A program made the position numbers and the translations under genes. From Albugo candida (taxonomy: Eukaryota), in assembly GCA_040437565.1 (NCBI GenBank), contig JBDOQK010000029.1:310001-374000 (forward strand): a DNA stretch of 64,000 nucleotides, read 5' to 3'. The notes below the pieces were generated by a model that worked only from the letters and a program-made list of their open reading frames with translations, was not told where the DNA came from and made no database searches. How positions within the stretch are numbered: position 1 is the first letter of the stretch; each line of letters begins with the position of its first letter. Of this stretch, positions 46,170 through 60,400 are shown one piece after another.

Positions 46170-47962
46170 GGGAGGACGTGAGGTAACTTAATTTTTCGGG
46201 GCAGTTCTTCCAAGATGGTAAATTGAGAATGAGGAGGTCCGTTACATACTTTATTGGCTCCCAAGCACTCATAAGTAACGAATGACAACTTCGCAAAAAC
46301 ATGGCGAAAATGTCGTGGGATCGCTTTTGAATGATAGCAGACAAGTTCAACGTATTCCTCTGGATTCATGAAAATATCATAGTTAGCTGTACATAAAAAG
46401 ACACATCGCAGCTGAGCTGAGCAACGCTATTCTGTATTCCTTCTACGATTCGTACCTTTGATCATGAGCTCTTTACGAGTACGACTTTCATATCACAGTA
46501 TCGTTAACCACTTGGACAAATGGTGCCATCAAAAGCTTGATAGTATCCTCGGTTGCTTGATTCCTTCAGAGTACCATACACAGGCATCAATTTGAGATAA
46601 ATTTCAGTATCATCTATAAGCTGAGGTCGACAAGGCTTCCGTTTCGTCCATTCAGCTCAATGCGTGGCGCACGATATGGCAGTAGTCCATTACAACGGTC
46701 ATGTGGCGATACCTTAATTCAACATCGCCGGTAACTTGCTAAAGATTGCTCTACCGCCTAGTAAAGGAGAAGGACCCGCTTATTTAATGTAAATGTTGGG
46801 TTGGTTGCAAGAAGAAAGTGGTCGAGCAGAAAGAGGCATGAAAATTTGGAGCTTGAAATCGTATGACTATGAAAAAACCTCTGCCACATAATACACTCAC
46901 CAGAATCTTGGATCACGGGCGATTATTATGCTCAGGCGACAGTAAAGAGAATCACGTAACAAGAGTTGATCTAGACAGAGAGGTTCAGCTTGGAGTGGGC
47001 TGGTCCTTCATGCTGTTGGTGACAACTGAGATCACCATGGCAGGACTGGATGGTCAATGTGCACATGTCACAATTTGAAATCGGCCCTTTGGACACCAGG
47101 TGTCATTGTATATAGGTTACGCATCGAATCGAGTGTCCTACTAGTCGCGTCAACGCGATAAGCCTACAAGGGTAAAAAGACCAAAGAATATTGCCAACAT
47201 TGCTCGTACTGTATTTGAATGCATACCATTCATACTTGACGGAGTAAATGCAACAAGTGCGTCTTACATACTGTAAACTGGATATGAAGTTTGCACAGTA
47301 CCTCTCACATTTTAATGCGCCCCCTTTTACTTTTGTTGAAGAGCTTCTCCCATGTTATTTCATAGATCTGCTGTTCTTCTGATTTTGAAATCCGTTCTTC
47401 AGAATATCGAAGAATGCGTGTGACGAAATCCACGCTATACACAAGTATGTTGCTTATTCTCCAGCTGTCATGTCCGTAATTTCGGATACAGAGCATCTGA
47501 TGCGCGAAAATTCCTCTGTATTTCGTGTAATCCTGTATTTTTGGATGCTATGGCTGCTTTACTTTCGTCACATATGCATGTAGAGGTCCACTGTTGGCTG
47601 TAAGACCTTCATTTCGCAATTTTATAACGAGTCTCATCTTCAAGGTATTGCTTCGTTCGTGTTTGTGCCCCAGCAAACTTTTCAGCGAGCTTCTATTCCT
47701 ACACAGCAGTACTTGGCTGGGATAATCTCACACCTGATATAGAGTAAGATGTCGTTCAAGGCGCTCGTTCTTCCATCTTCCATCGTCCATCTCACGTCCC
47801 CGTGATTGCTCTCTCTCTGTAGCGATTTTATTCGCTGCGATGGTATCCTTCTCCCATTGTATTGGCTATAATGGTAATGTTTACTACCGTCTGTTATTCA
47901 AAACGTTGCGGAACTTTTCTGCGATCTTATCGCTTATTGGCTATATCCACAAATCGATCGTG

Positions 47963-49909
47963 ATGCGCGCCGCTTTCCTTCGAGCGCTTCCTCTCCGCAG
48001 TCAACACATCCAAATCCGCTTACTTCAGACAGCTGCAGAAGCAGCCTCTACTGTTTCGTACACGCGCGGACTGTTTCTCGGTGTCAATAATGCTGAACGC
48101 GCTTTTCCTTACCCGAAAGTTTCCGTCGAAGAACAGGAGACACTGCAATTGCTTGTAACGTCTGTGGCAAAATACTTTGAGAATGTCGACAGCAAACAGA
48201 TCGATGAAAAAAAGAAAATTCCCGATGAAACGTTAAACGAACTCAAGGAACTTGGACTTTTTGGACTGCAAATTGAGGAGCAGTGGAATGGATTAGAATT
48301 ATCCAATACCGGTTACGCGCGTGTTTGTGAGGAATTCACAGATGCCAGCATTGCAGTCACCATAATGGCTCATCAATCAATTGGACTGAAAGGTATTTTG
48401 CTGAATGGAAACGAGCACCAGGTGGCGTCTTCTGATTCGGGCATATCTGAGTTTTGTCTGATTCGTTTGTTCGGATAGAAAGCAAAGTATCTACCCAAAC
48501 TTGCTACAGGAGAGCATATTGCAGCATTCGCGTTGACAGAACCTTCAAGTGGGTCCGATGCGGCATCGATCAAAACCCGAGCAACTTTATCCGAGGACGG
48601 AAAGTATTATATTCTGAATGGTAGCAAAATATGGATCAGTAATGGTGGTTGGGCAGATGTGATGACTGTGTTTGCGCAGACAGAAGTTGACGGAAAGGAT
48701 AAAGTCACTGCGTTCATTGTTGAGCGTGGCTTTGGTGGTGTTACAAGCGGACCCCCGGAGGATAAGCTTGGAATTCGAGGTTCCAATACTTGTGAGGTGT
48801 ATTTCGAGAATTGTCAAGTTCCGATCGAAAATGTGCTTGGGGGTGGTCCTGATATGAAAACGGGTGGGATGGCTGGTGTCGGGCAGGGCTTTAAAGTTGC
48901 GATGAACATTCTCAACAACGGTCGATTTGGAATAGGTGCGTGTGCCGGTGCATCATTGCGTCGTATCATTGGCACCGCGGCGCAACATGCAAACTCAAGG
49001 AAGCAGTTTGACCGACCACTGGCCAGTTTTGGTCTGATCAAGAAGAAATTTACAATGATGACACTGGACGCCTTTGCCATCGAGTCGATGGCATTCATGA
49101 CCACTGGAATGATCGATCGTGGCGATCCTGCATGCGAGATTGAAGCCGCAATGTGTAAAGTGTATGGCTCAGAAGCCGCTTTCAATGGCATCAATGAATG
49201 CATACAAATTATGGGCGGAACTGGATTCATGAAGGATTGGCCATTTGAGCGGTATCTACGAGATTGCCGCATTCTTTCAATATTCGAAGGCACCAACGAG
49301 ATTTTGAGACTCTTGATCGCGTTAAGTGGCATTCAGGTGGGACGAATTCTAGTATGAGATTGTTCTTTTTATGACTTGCAATATGTGTAGACTGCTGGCG
49401 ATCGGCTCTCTTCAATTGGGCAAGCATTGAAGAATCCACTCGCCAATGTTTCTAGCTTTGGCAAAGAATTCTCCGACCGCTTGAAGCGAAAGTTTTCACC
49501 CGCACCGCTCCCTGGCGTTCATCCTGAGCTACATTCCGCTTCGGTTATTTTGCAGCAAAGAACGGCTGAATTTGGCGAAATCGTTGAGCTGCTGTTACGA
49601 AAACACGGTAAAAAGATCATTGATGAGCAGTTGCAGCTGGAACGTATTGCAGACACCGCTACTCGCCTCTTTGCCATGACTTCAACAATTTCCCGCGCTT
49701 CCAAATCTCTTGTTGAGAACACAAACGGCGCCGCACATGAAGCAAAATTGACCAAATTGTACTGTGAGGTAGCTTCGGATCAAATCCAGCAGTTGTTGAG
49801 TGACGTGCAAGACAACCAGAAAAGAGATCAGTTGCTGATGGAAATTGCTGAAGAAGTTTTACATCACGAAAAGTATATCCCAAGTCACCCGGTCGGAGTG
49901 AATGTCTGA
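47963..49909 (+). CDS. ACAD9: Mitochondrial acyl-CoA dehydrogenase, ACAD9/VLCAD type, 3 exons, about 611 aa
   Basis: [44 protein letters not shown] and [11 protein letters not shown], plus the VLCAD-type C-terminal extension. Introns 48422-48478 and 49337-49390. ACAD9 versus ACADVL is not resolved. Confidence 0.9.
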
Positions 49910-50838
49910 ATAGTACCAGTACGTACAGGTATACCGTCATTGTTGTAGCTATCAAAAAATGCAGAATGTAGCTCTTGTTTATATCAAACTGTACTACCAA
50001 GTGTGATGCTCATCCTCCAACCAATCACTCCTGTCTACGAACTGCGTGTCACAAGTCAGCGAGTAATGTGACTAAACATCCGATGAAATCTTCATCGCGA
50101 GCTGACTTGAGTGAAATAGCTTCTCCAAAGGATTTCGGCGTCGTTTGCGCATTCACTGCTCGTGTAGGGTCTTGTGATTACGCACGCGCTCACATCAAAA
50201 GAGCGTATTTTTCGTGCGGTAAGCGGTCAAAACCCCCAAAAATCATCGACTTTCTTCCTCGGGCTCTGTCAAACGTACTAATAATTCATTTTGAATAGAA
50301 TCAGAAGAGCCCATACTTTTCGTGCCTACAAAGAAGGAACCAAAGCGATTGAAAGCCAGTTGATATTCGTTTAAACTGCACTTTATTCCCAGGGTCTGTC
50401 ACATGAACGGACTGGTCCATGAAGAGACAGAGGAACGTCATTATACTTTTGGTTACATGCTCTCTCAATAGAGGAGATTGTGCTCTATAGAGTGTGTCAA
50501 AAATTGAGATGGTAAAGCTATGTCGTCTGATTTTTCAAAGGTGCAGCTTGGATGTGCCATCTGCTGTCATGATGTCCGATGTCATAGGTTTAGAGAGGAA
50601 TTTTGTAGAAGCAATATTTTTCTATACTTCATTCCGAGTACCTAGCTTAACATCCTCTACAGCGTATAATAAAGAGAAAAGAGCTGAACGTAAACGTGTC
50701 CAATGACTGGCGTATTCTATCAAACTGTCGCAATTCATCTCTACTTTTCGAGACAAAAGTACAATCAGATTCACCCGACACCACGTGGACCCTTGATCGT
50801 TTGTACGTTAGATAGTCCAAGCTTTCCTTGCATTCCCA

Positions 50839-53388
50839 ATGGCTACCCATAGCAACCACGCAACGTCAAAACCTGTGCCGGAATATCGCTTTCATTGTGG
50901 TACTTCAGTGCGTAATGCTATCGAATGTCTGCTTCAAAACGACTCGGAAAGCGCGCTTGTGTATGCTTTGGTTCACGATCCCGAATTTCGATTCGCTTTT
51001 GCCATTTTAAAGGTTTGCACTCTATTTTGCTGTGAAAATGATCAGCGGAACTGATTGGGATACAGGTACCAACAGAAGACAAAGACCACGATGTCATCAT
51101 CAAAGCACTTGTTCACATATTTGAGCCATACGAAGAGGAATTTCATCGATTCATGCGAGCTCTGATGGTGAAAGAAATGGTGGAAACGAAAAATTGGAAT
51201 GATCTTTTTCGAGCGAAATCGGCAGTCACAGTGGTACGATTCCAAGCACTGAGAGACTCACGGAGGACTCATTCTTTGTCTATAGCTTGTACGAGAATAC
51301 ACATATCAAGCCGGAAACTCCTTTTTGTATCAGGCACTTCATTCCAGCATCGAAGTTTTATGGGATGTACAAGCTGTCACATTTGAAGTGAATCCACATC
51401 TCGTGATAACTCAAGTCCGATGCGATAATAAAGAGAATGCTAACAATCGCCAATACCTGGAAGAAATATTGCGAAAGAATCGACGACAACTCCATCGTCA
51501 TGCCCAGCAAACATTTGACAAGATCCTTGCAGCAGCTTCCTGCTTCCCGCCTCGAATTGCAAAGCTATACAGCATCCTACATCAAGAAATGATGCGAATC
51601 ATGCTGGAAGAACGTAAACGATCACTGAGTTCTGTAATGAATGGAAAACGATCCGATTCGGTCACTTCTAATGAAGACGCCAATGATACTGATGACGAAT
51701 CCACCAGTGGAAGACGTCGTGTGCTTTCGATCGATGTCCCAGAACGAAGATCATTCAGCGATCGAACTTTTTCCTTCTCTGATTGTGAATTTCTTATCAC
51801 CGAAGAAGACGCACAAGATGAAGTGATGATCCATCTCGGAGGCTTTGTGTTTCTACGTTATATTTGTCCAGCTTTATTGATGCCACACAAGTTTGACTTG
51901 ACGCCGGACAAACAAATCCCATCCAAAGCTATGCGACGAAACCTCGTTCTGATTGCAAAGATACTCCAATCGTTGGCAAGTGCAGTGGAATATGCGGCTC
52001 ATGAGTCGTACATGTTGCCATTCAACGCGTTTCTATCAGCCAACCGAAGTCGATTGATCCAGTTTTATCATGATGTGCTCGATATTGCGAAAGAGAAAAC
52101 ATCCAACAAGGAAAAGGACAAATTTGGCTGGACTCGATCGAGTATGTGTAGCAACACCAGCACGGTCGACGATGACTTTGAAGAACCAGCAGGAGACGTA
52201 GATTTGGTTACTTGTTTTCGAGCGAGTATCTCCAAAAACCTCGATGATATTGCACGAGATATGGAGCAAGAGCATATCAAACTCGAAGATCAAAGAAGAA
52301 GAGCTGTTGGTGCACCTGTGACGAGTATCGTAGCGCAGCGACAGATGCGTCAGCGACGAGCTCGAAAGCAAGGAGATGGGGAGGGAGATTCAAAGGAAAT
52401 TGATCCAGATGAAGGATTAGATAATGCAGCACCTCCCTCCTCCAAATCTTTCGGAGTGGAAGATCTCGAACAACTGGTCCAACACCAAAAGAAATACGAA
52501 GCCAAAGTGAAAGCCAATTTCAAGCCATCCAGAGAAGGTCTTGAATTACTTTTGAATGTGAATGATGAGCAGCAAGGAAACGAATGGAAACGATACAAGA
52601 CGCATAAAACTGCGATACAAGTCTTCCGAAGAACTCCCTCTGCAAACGGATTCGTTGAGATGAAAGCATGTATCATCATCAAGGCCTCTTCTCATCAAGT
52701 ATTCCGATATCTACGCTCATTGGAAACCATGTCTGAATGGGACGGTCGTGCCTCCAACATTGAGAAAGTCGAGCCTGTGAGCAGTTCTTCTGTACTTTTG
52801 TATCGCTCGCATTCCAAATTCTCACTATGGCCTTCATGGTTGGTAAAGCCGAGAGATTCATGCGATCTCCACACATTTGTTTCCGATACTGGTCGACCTC
52901 AAACATTTGCTGTGGTCATGGAATCCGTCCCAAATCCTGATTATCCCGAGCTCAAAGGCGTCGTCCGCATGTCATACGCAACTGGAGGCCTTTTAATGGA
53001 GTCGTGTACCGGTCCGTTCGACTCCTGTCCAGCTCCACGTCCGACCCACCACATCGACCTTGATGAGGTTCTGGAGCAATTTGAGCAAGAACCTGCAAAC
53101 GATAATGGCAACTATCGAAATAGTATCCTCGAGAGCCTTCTCCCTCCGTGCGAAGAAGATGTGACACCAACTACGCGCCTCACGTGCGTCGTTCGCGCGG
53201 ATTTTAAGGTACGAACGAATTTTGGGTATAATTTTATTTATGATTATGACGTATTTATATGTTATTTATAGGGCTCACTTCCGAGATCACTTGCGGAGGG
53301 AATATGTTATCGCCAAGTTCTGAGTGTGGAGTCTGTTAAAAAGCATGTAGAAGCCGAATTGAGTCACACACGATCGCAGTGGGTATAG
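50839..53388 (+). CDS. RasGAP domain + START lipid-binding domain protein, 4 exons
   Basis: Arginine finger LFRAKS and signature FLRYICPALLMPHKF...RRNLVLIAKILQSLA. START motifs W.R..., EWD and PRD. Introns 51013-51065, 51234-51285 and 53209-53271 are all in frame. Confidence 0.85.
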
Positions 53389-54458
53389 ACGATTACGGAA
53401 TGTATTCTATCTATTCAATTTCCAATTCATAGTTTATAGTATAAATGAGATTCAGTAGATTATAAAACCAGCGCGATGAATGGGATCCTTATCCTTACAG
53501 CACGTAACAGTATCAAGTCTGTATATTGGGGTGAATGAATACTCTGTGTGCTTTGTATCTCGACCAAAGTCTCATCTAACGACTTTTCTCGAACCATTTT
53601 GAACTCTCAGACAACAAACGTATCGATGGAGTGGATCGTTTGATACGTTGTCGCATTAGCGCGAATGATTGTAAGTTTGGAATAGAAAAGTTGAATGAAA
53701 AGAAGCCGACTTTACCATTCATCGAACGTAATATTTGGGCTGTGCAAAATGCGACAGAACCGCTAGGAAGCAGTCTAAAGAGCTTTCACGACGGCACATC
53801 GCGCTGTAGTAGTCCTTTGATGTAATCTCTCATAAGTAGATCAGCAAAGCACGTTTGGTTGGATCCGGTGAGCTATGTGGATATGAAACCATGTAGAAAA
53901 TATTACTGAATACGCAATGACCGAATGAGAAAGGGATGTGAAAGCTTGAGAGAAATCAGACGCGAGTATTAGTACACAGTTTACCATTCAATTCAGATGT
54001 GCGCCAAGCTGAGAGCAAGATCGTTCTATGACGTAAAGTTACCTTTTTGAGAGAAATTGAGCTTGTAAAGCAGAAGTCTGTTCACGCATACAGATGCATA
54101 CGACATGAAGAAATTCGCCCGGATGATCAAGGACGAAAGAATCCACTGCATGGAGCCCCTAACTTGTTGATTGTATTTGGAAAAACTCGAATTGCTAACA
54201 GGAAACGCATCAGTCTCTGGCTGAGTCGTCATGGGCTACGAATGAGAAAAGATGAAGATAGGAGAGCTTAAGGTCTAATTGTCAGCACGATGAATCGGAA
54301 TGTGAGCATTTCCAAGTATAATTGACAATGAATACCGTGTCTGTCGAGTACCGACTTGCAGCCTTTTAAAAGCATTGTAATCGCACCTGTACGTTACGCA
54401 AATGCACGCAAATACCACACTAGTGCTATAAGTATCTTAAAGCGTCAAATATGATACA

Positions 54459-57400
54459 ATGACATCGTCGGTTGACAGCCAAATAATCATTCACAAACTA
54501 ACGCAATACATCCGCTTCAAAAGTGACAGTGAAACGTCAATCAAAGATGTATTCCACGATATTCAGCGCGATCACTCAACGGAATTGGAAAGCGCAGATT
54601 TCAATTTCTTTCTGCAAAAGACAGGAATCATCAAATGTCCTCACACAGACCTATTGGCCAGCTCCCTGCATGCGGAAGCTCAAGAGCTCATATCCAAACA
54701 ATCCATGAAGCTAGAACATTGTATGTCTGTTATTTCTGGGCGCCAATCGTCAACAATTACGATGAGTGAATTCTGCTCCTTTTTTGCCCGGCAATTGCGA
54801 TCAAAAACGAGCTCTAGTGCTTACGATAAGCCCCAGCATCCAAGAACCCTCATTGATTCTCCAACAATCAGTAGAGCGAGTATGAGGCGAAAAAGAAAGC
54901 CAACGTCGATCGCACCTCTCGAATCGCTCAACACGTTGGCAGAGATTGAAGCGAATAAAATCAGCGGGCCAAAACATTCGCCGCGCGAGAGTTCTCTTCT
55001 CTCCCAAACCGATTTTGCACACTCGAATCCGCTTTCGGAAGCGAAATTTCCGTGGAGAGTGTTCCACATCGACTCTTCTACGACTTTACCCTACGCAATT
55101 CTCCATTCTGATGACATACTGCGGCGAGATAATGACACTTTGCAATTTCTGAACGATTTCGAGACCACTCCACTCGACAGACAGAAGTATGAGTATCGGT
55201 TCACCATTTGCATAGACATATGGCAAACGATCGAATCCATCAGATCGTTTCTTGCTCCTCTATTGTCGCGTTTCCCCGGTGGAAAAATCCTTATTTGCGG
55301 CTTTCCCACGCAGAGAGATTCATCTTTGTATGCAGCGACGGAGGATGTACTCGCATCTTGGTATGCTAAATTGCTTATCCATCTCATGGACACCTCAAGA
55401 GAATGGCTCGTTCAGCCGAAAGACGGAACTGGTCGAGTCAATCAATACTTGATAGGAGTTGGCTCGGGCGCTGCAGTCGTAATTGCGTTACTTACTAAAG
55501 TCAGTGTCAAAGAGTTCACTTCGCTTCGCGTTTTCGTTGGAGCGTTGAGTGCTGCTATGGTCGTGAATTGGAGCTTTGGAACGTCTGAGTGTAAAGTAGC
55601 ATCAACTATCGCAATTCAGAAGCGTTCTGAAGAGCCAACGCATCTCCACACACTACACTTTTCTTCGTGGCCGCACTTCCTACCGCTTGTCATTGTGCAC
55701 GGGGAAAAGAATTCTGTCGTTCCACCCAAAGAAGTGCACCATTTCATCAGAAAGGTAAAGTACAAGGAATCACAATTGGATGCGTGCATTTCGAACGCTT
55801 GGCGTATGTCGAAGCTTTGTGATGATTCAATAAGGCCGCCTGCGGACCTCTTTCTCCACATTTCATGGCTTCCATGCGGTCATAAAGCGCTGGAAGAGTG
55901 TCCGAACGAAATGTATGATCTCTTCGTCAAGCTCATTCACCTCGACAAAGAGCAGACATTTCAAGAGGGAGATACAGAACACGCAGCAAAGCATTGCTTC
56001 ATGGAGACTACAGATGATGAAATAGAGCAGGATATCGTCTTGGAGCCTCGTGTCGTTGATCTGATGCAGAAAAATGGAATTAAATGGGTGCAACAAGAAC
56101 TTTACAATCGCGGTGCTGACGGAAGAGGCTCAACTGACAAAATCCTTTTGCTTTATCAGCGGATATTAAGGTCGGAAGAAGATTCTCGTACAAGTGCTGA
56201 TGCCAATGAAAGAATACGTTCCGAGAAATGCTTTCAGAGACAAGCTAATCGAGCGATGCGCTTGGAGGAAGTATCAATGCGAATACAAATGAGAAAACGT
56301 GTTGAAGTCGAAAAGAGTCGCAAGCAATATCAATCAGACGTGAATGTAATGCGTGCATATGTAAATGAAAGAACAATGCAACAACGACTGAAAAAGGAAA
56401 GAGAAGAGATGTCGATTGAAGATGCGGTAGCAGCGCGAATGCGTCGTGAATGGAAGATTGAGGACCGCCATAAAGCTTCGAATGCGCTTGCAGTCGCTCA
56501 AATGAGAGAAATTCAATTGGATAGACACCACAAGCAAATGGAAGTAATACAATTAGAAGATGAGAAGAAAATTCTTGGACTTCAGTACGCACAGCGAAGG
56601 ATCCCGCTCGAGGCACAATTTACGTATCAAAAACGCCTGAGTCAGCTCGGTAGGCTGAAGCCACCTGACGCTCCAAACACAATCAACTGCCTCCCTGATA
56701 TTGAGGCGTTATCACTACGTGCTGAAGCGCTGATCGAAGCTTTCGATCAGTTGCAACATGCGATCAAAGAACACGTCACGTTGAAGATAAATGTGATAGA
56801 ACGTCTTAATCTGACGCATACAAACACGCCAAAGATTTCTAAGACAAAGAAAACGGTTGAGATGCACTCGTACCTGAGCCAAGTACAGGCGCATGAAAAG
56901 GAGGTGTCTTTAATCGATTTGGTGTTAAGGAAAATCAATATCGCTATCTGTGAGACCAAACATGCAGCCGATACGATGACAAACCTCCTCAAACAAGGAT
57001 TAAAAGTGTGCGATTTCTCTATTACAAACGTGAAAAGCGATTGTAGAAATGTCGAGAATGAGAGACATATACTCTCTCTGCAGAAGGACTCAACTTACGC
57101 CAAGATCGAGATGCTTGAAGATGAGTATTGGCGCTGTGTGCGATGTGATGCGAATTTCTTCGATTCCGTCACCAGAAGTCATGGATCATGTCAACGCTTT
57201 GGTCGACGAGCATTGCTAAAGCAGCTGGAAAGTGATATCGAGCTCGAAAAAGGTGTTTTGGCTGATCTTAACATGACAATGGAGACCCAATGGCGTCAAA
57301 TTATGGAAAAGGAGAAGCGGAGGGAGACATGGCGTGATAAAAGGACACTTCTTGAAGAATGCTTGGATAAAACTGAGAAACGTTTGAGATGTCCGCATCT

Positions 57401-60400
57401 TCCCGGGACCGTAATGGGAGCTAAAGAAGGAATGCCTGGAAGACATGGAGGAAGCCTGGCAGAACAAATTCGATGTAAGCCACATGCTCACCGAAACCTC
57501 GAGGAGAGGCAGTGGCTGGCATTGGATTACAAGCTTTATCCAGTGTATTACCGCAGCTGCATGGATGCACCTTCACTGGAGCTCATACAGAACCATGAAA
57601 ACTACAGTTTCAAATCATTTGGGTTTACATTCACTGTCCAGGAGCTCAGAAGAATTGCTTCGCTTCCATCACTTCCAAATCTTGCGACGGCGTTTTTAAA
57701 GTGTCCAAAAGAGCTTCACGCTCATTATCTACTTTACAAATTTACACATGAAGATGGAGAAGTTTCCAACTCCGAGGCAGAGCGCTTTATCAAAGCTTCT
57801 TCATCGAGTAGGCCGATTTATCATATAGCGAGATCACTTGATATGCTAGAACGAATCCTTAAGGAGACGACGGAGCAGCCAAATACTTTGCGATATGCTG
57901 CTGGCCATCGAGTGATTTATACGAAATATGTCACAAAAATGACGTTGCTGAAATGTACAAACACACAGCTGCAGCCACGCCAAATTGCCACTCACAGCTT
58001 CGATCTCTCTTCTCAAGACAGTGGGAATGCAGCATTAGACCTCACTGTGACGATTTTGTTTCATGGACATTTCGCTAAGAATGCGTACGAAAATGGAAGA
58101 ATAGTGGCCATGTTGCAAGTGATTCCTGGTGGAGAAGGGAGAAAGTCTGATGAGGGTAAGGAGCGAGCGGATGAGCCGATGTCTATTGGAAAATGCTCGT
58201 CGAAAGATATAACTCTTTCCACAGTGGATACAATGGGAAAGCTTATTATACGTTACGATCCCATCACCAAGCCGCTTTATGATGCTTATGGGACAATCTA
58301 TCAGGTTGTTGTGGGAGCACCATTGCTGATCACGTATTCTGTTGAGATTGAGATCAGTGAAGCTCCTTATGCCGATAAAGCTCTGGTACTCGAGCAAGAG
58401 GCTTTCCATTCCTTTCAGAGGCAGACTCCGTTGTTGAATGAAGCAATTGAAAAGCTATTAGTGAGCGTCATGCTGCTACAATGTAAAGAAAAGTATTCGA
58501 GAAAGCTCCTCGCAATTAGCGAAAAGGAGGTTTTTGCTGCAGAAATGGCCGTGTTGAACGAACAGAACGCTGACGAGATTGCTGATGCGAGAGTGAGTCG
58601 ACTCAAAGCGGCTCAATTGGAAGTCTCTTTCATAAAAGCATGCTTTCTGTACATAAAACGAGAAGAACAATTGAAGGACATTGATGATCTTATGCGTAAT
58701 GAGATTCGTAGGCTCGCTAAGCTTCAATTCCAACGAAAAGCTTTGGAGGGTGCTATTCATGAATATCAGTTGTATCTGCCATCTGTAGCGACTTTCTTGA
58801 ACGGGAAGGAGGTAACAGGCCTTGACTGCGATCATCACGCAGAATCGGACACAGTGAAATACGCTCACGGGACTGAGACCGGTACAAAAATAATGAGACG
58901 AAAATATGAACGAGCACAGGAACGACTGACTGAGAAACTTGACCGGGATCGCGATGCTTCTTTGACTGGCCAGACTCTGCAAACGGAAAACTTGAAAGCT
59001 CAGATATATCAGAATTTAAAGCCGGAGCTTCTGAAGCTTTTAGAGCAGCAATTACGGCATTGCAAAGAGGACCCGACCTTCGATCCTTTCGACTGGAAGA
59101 GCATTACCGAAGTAAATGCAGTGTCTTTAGTGCTCGATGATGGTTCGAATGAGATTGATTCACGTTGTCGCAAAGTTTACTGCGAAATGCAGCGCTGTAA
59201 AGAGTTTGAAGGACTCGGATTCATCGATTCCAAAGTTTTTAACGATCTGCCACACCGCTTCCCAGTCGATGTACTTGGCATTGAATTGCAAAAAGAATTG
59301 GATCAGCTGATTGAGTCACAGCTTCGACGTCATGAGAACGAATGGCTTCAAGTGTTTGTGCGGTCTGAAGAGCAAAATGGCAAGTCGCTTAGAGGCACAA
59401 CTCAAAGCGCTGTATCCTCTAAAATGGCTCCCAACACAGACACAAAAGACCACAGTATGCGATTGGATGAGGAAACACGACCCCAAGGCGATGAAAAGCC
59501 GAGAGCTACGAAGAAAAGACTCGAGAGAAATGACAGGACAACTCAACTTGGCTTCGTCCCTTTCAATGACAAAGATTCAGACTGTCTTGCCTGTCGAAAT
59601 GCTCCATGTCAATGGAAAGGCTACAAATCCGATTTGAAAGCCCATATGAGCCGCCGAATTCAAATTCTTGTCGATGAACGGAATCGAATTTCACCATTTG
59701 AGAAAACTTTCACTGTTTCTTCACGTGTTTGCATCAGTGCAATAAAGCAATATTATCGACGCGATAACATTGCAAACCTTTCGGAGAAGCCTACCGCTTC
59801 CATGCGTCAGTGCGATCTTCTCATTGAGCTTCAGTCTGAAATCAAAGTACTGGAACAACATCTTTTACTTCACGAAATAGACAGTGAATTCCACGCAAGC
59901 TTCCAACCACTTCGAGACGAAGTCACAGGGAAGAGCAGTAACTATTTCGTAACTCGTGCTTTACATGGATTCCCTCAAGCCCAAGAACAAAAAACAGCTC
60001 AAAAAGCGCTTGCTCGCGAGCATTCCGCATTAGTGGCTTCATTTATCACTCAAGAAGTTCTAGACGACATTCTCCAAGATATGCTGGACGGCTGGATCTT
60101 TGGCGAGTACATGCATCCTTCCGCTCTCGGCGTATCGTCCTTAAATGCTCAAAGTCCATTCAGTCTTTTGGATATACAATATTCCACAGCCAGAAATGAT
60201 AATGATCCACCCAAAATCTCTGAGAATGGAATGCGAGTCTCTTCGCCTGAAGCATTGGAAGAATACGTTCCAAAGGAATGGGACGCAGTGCATCGACGTG
60301 AGCAACTAAAATTGGTGCAACCCGGATCTCGAAGGGAGAAATCGCTCATTGAGATAGAACAGAACCTGAAGTTTGGGCTCTTTTATCTCGTATTTATGCG

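Larger units (their letters stand above)
38550..48744. repeat. Tandem segmental duplication (coiled-coil gene 3' part, secreted-protein gene, spacer, ACAD 5' part)
   Basis: Homologous pairs: 38550-39019/40221-40690; 39120-40220/47819-48744; 39120-39184/45088-45152; 41988-42053/45253-45318; ~43500-45100/~45730-47880. Confidence 0.85.
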
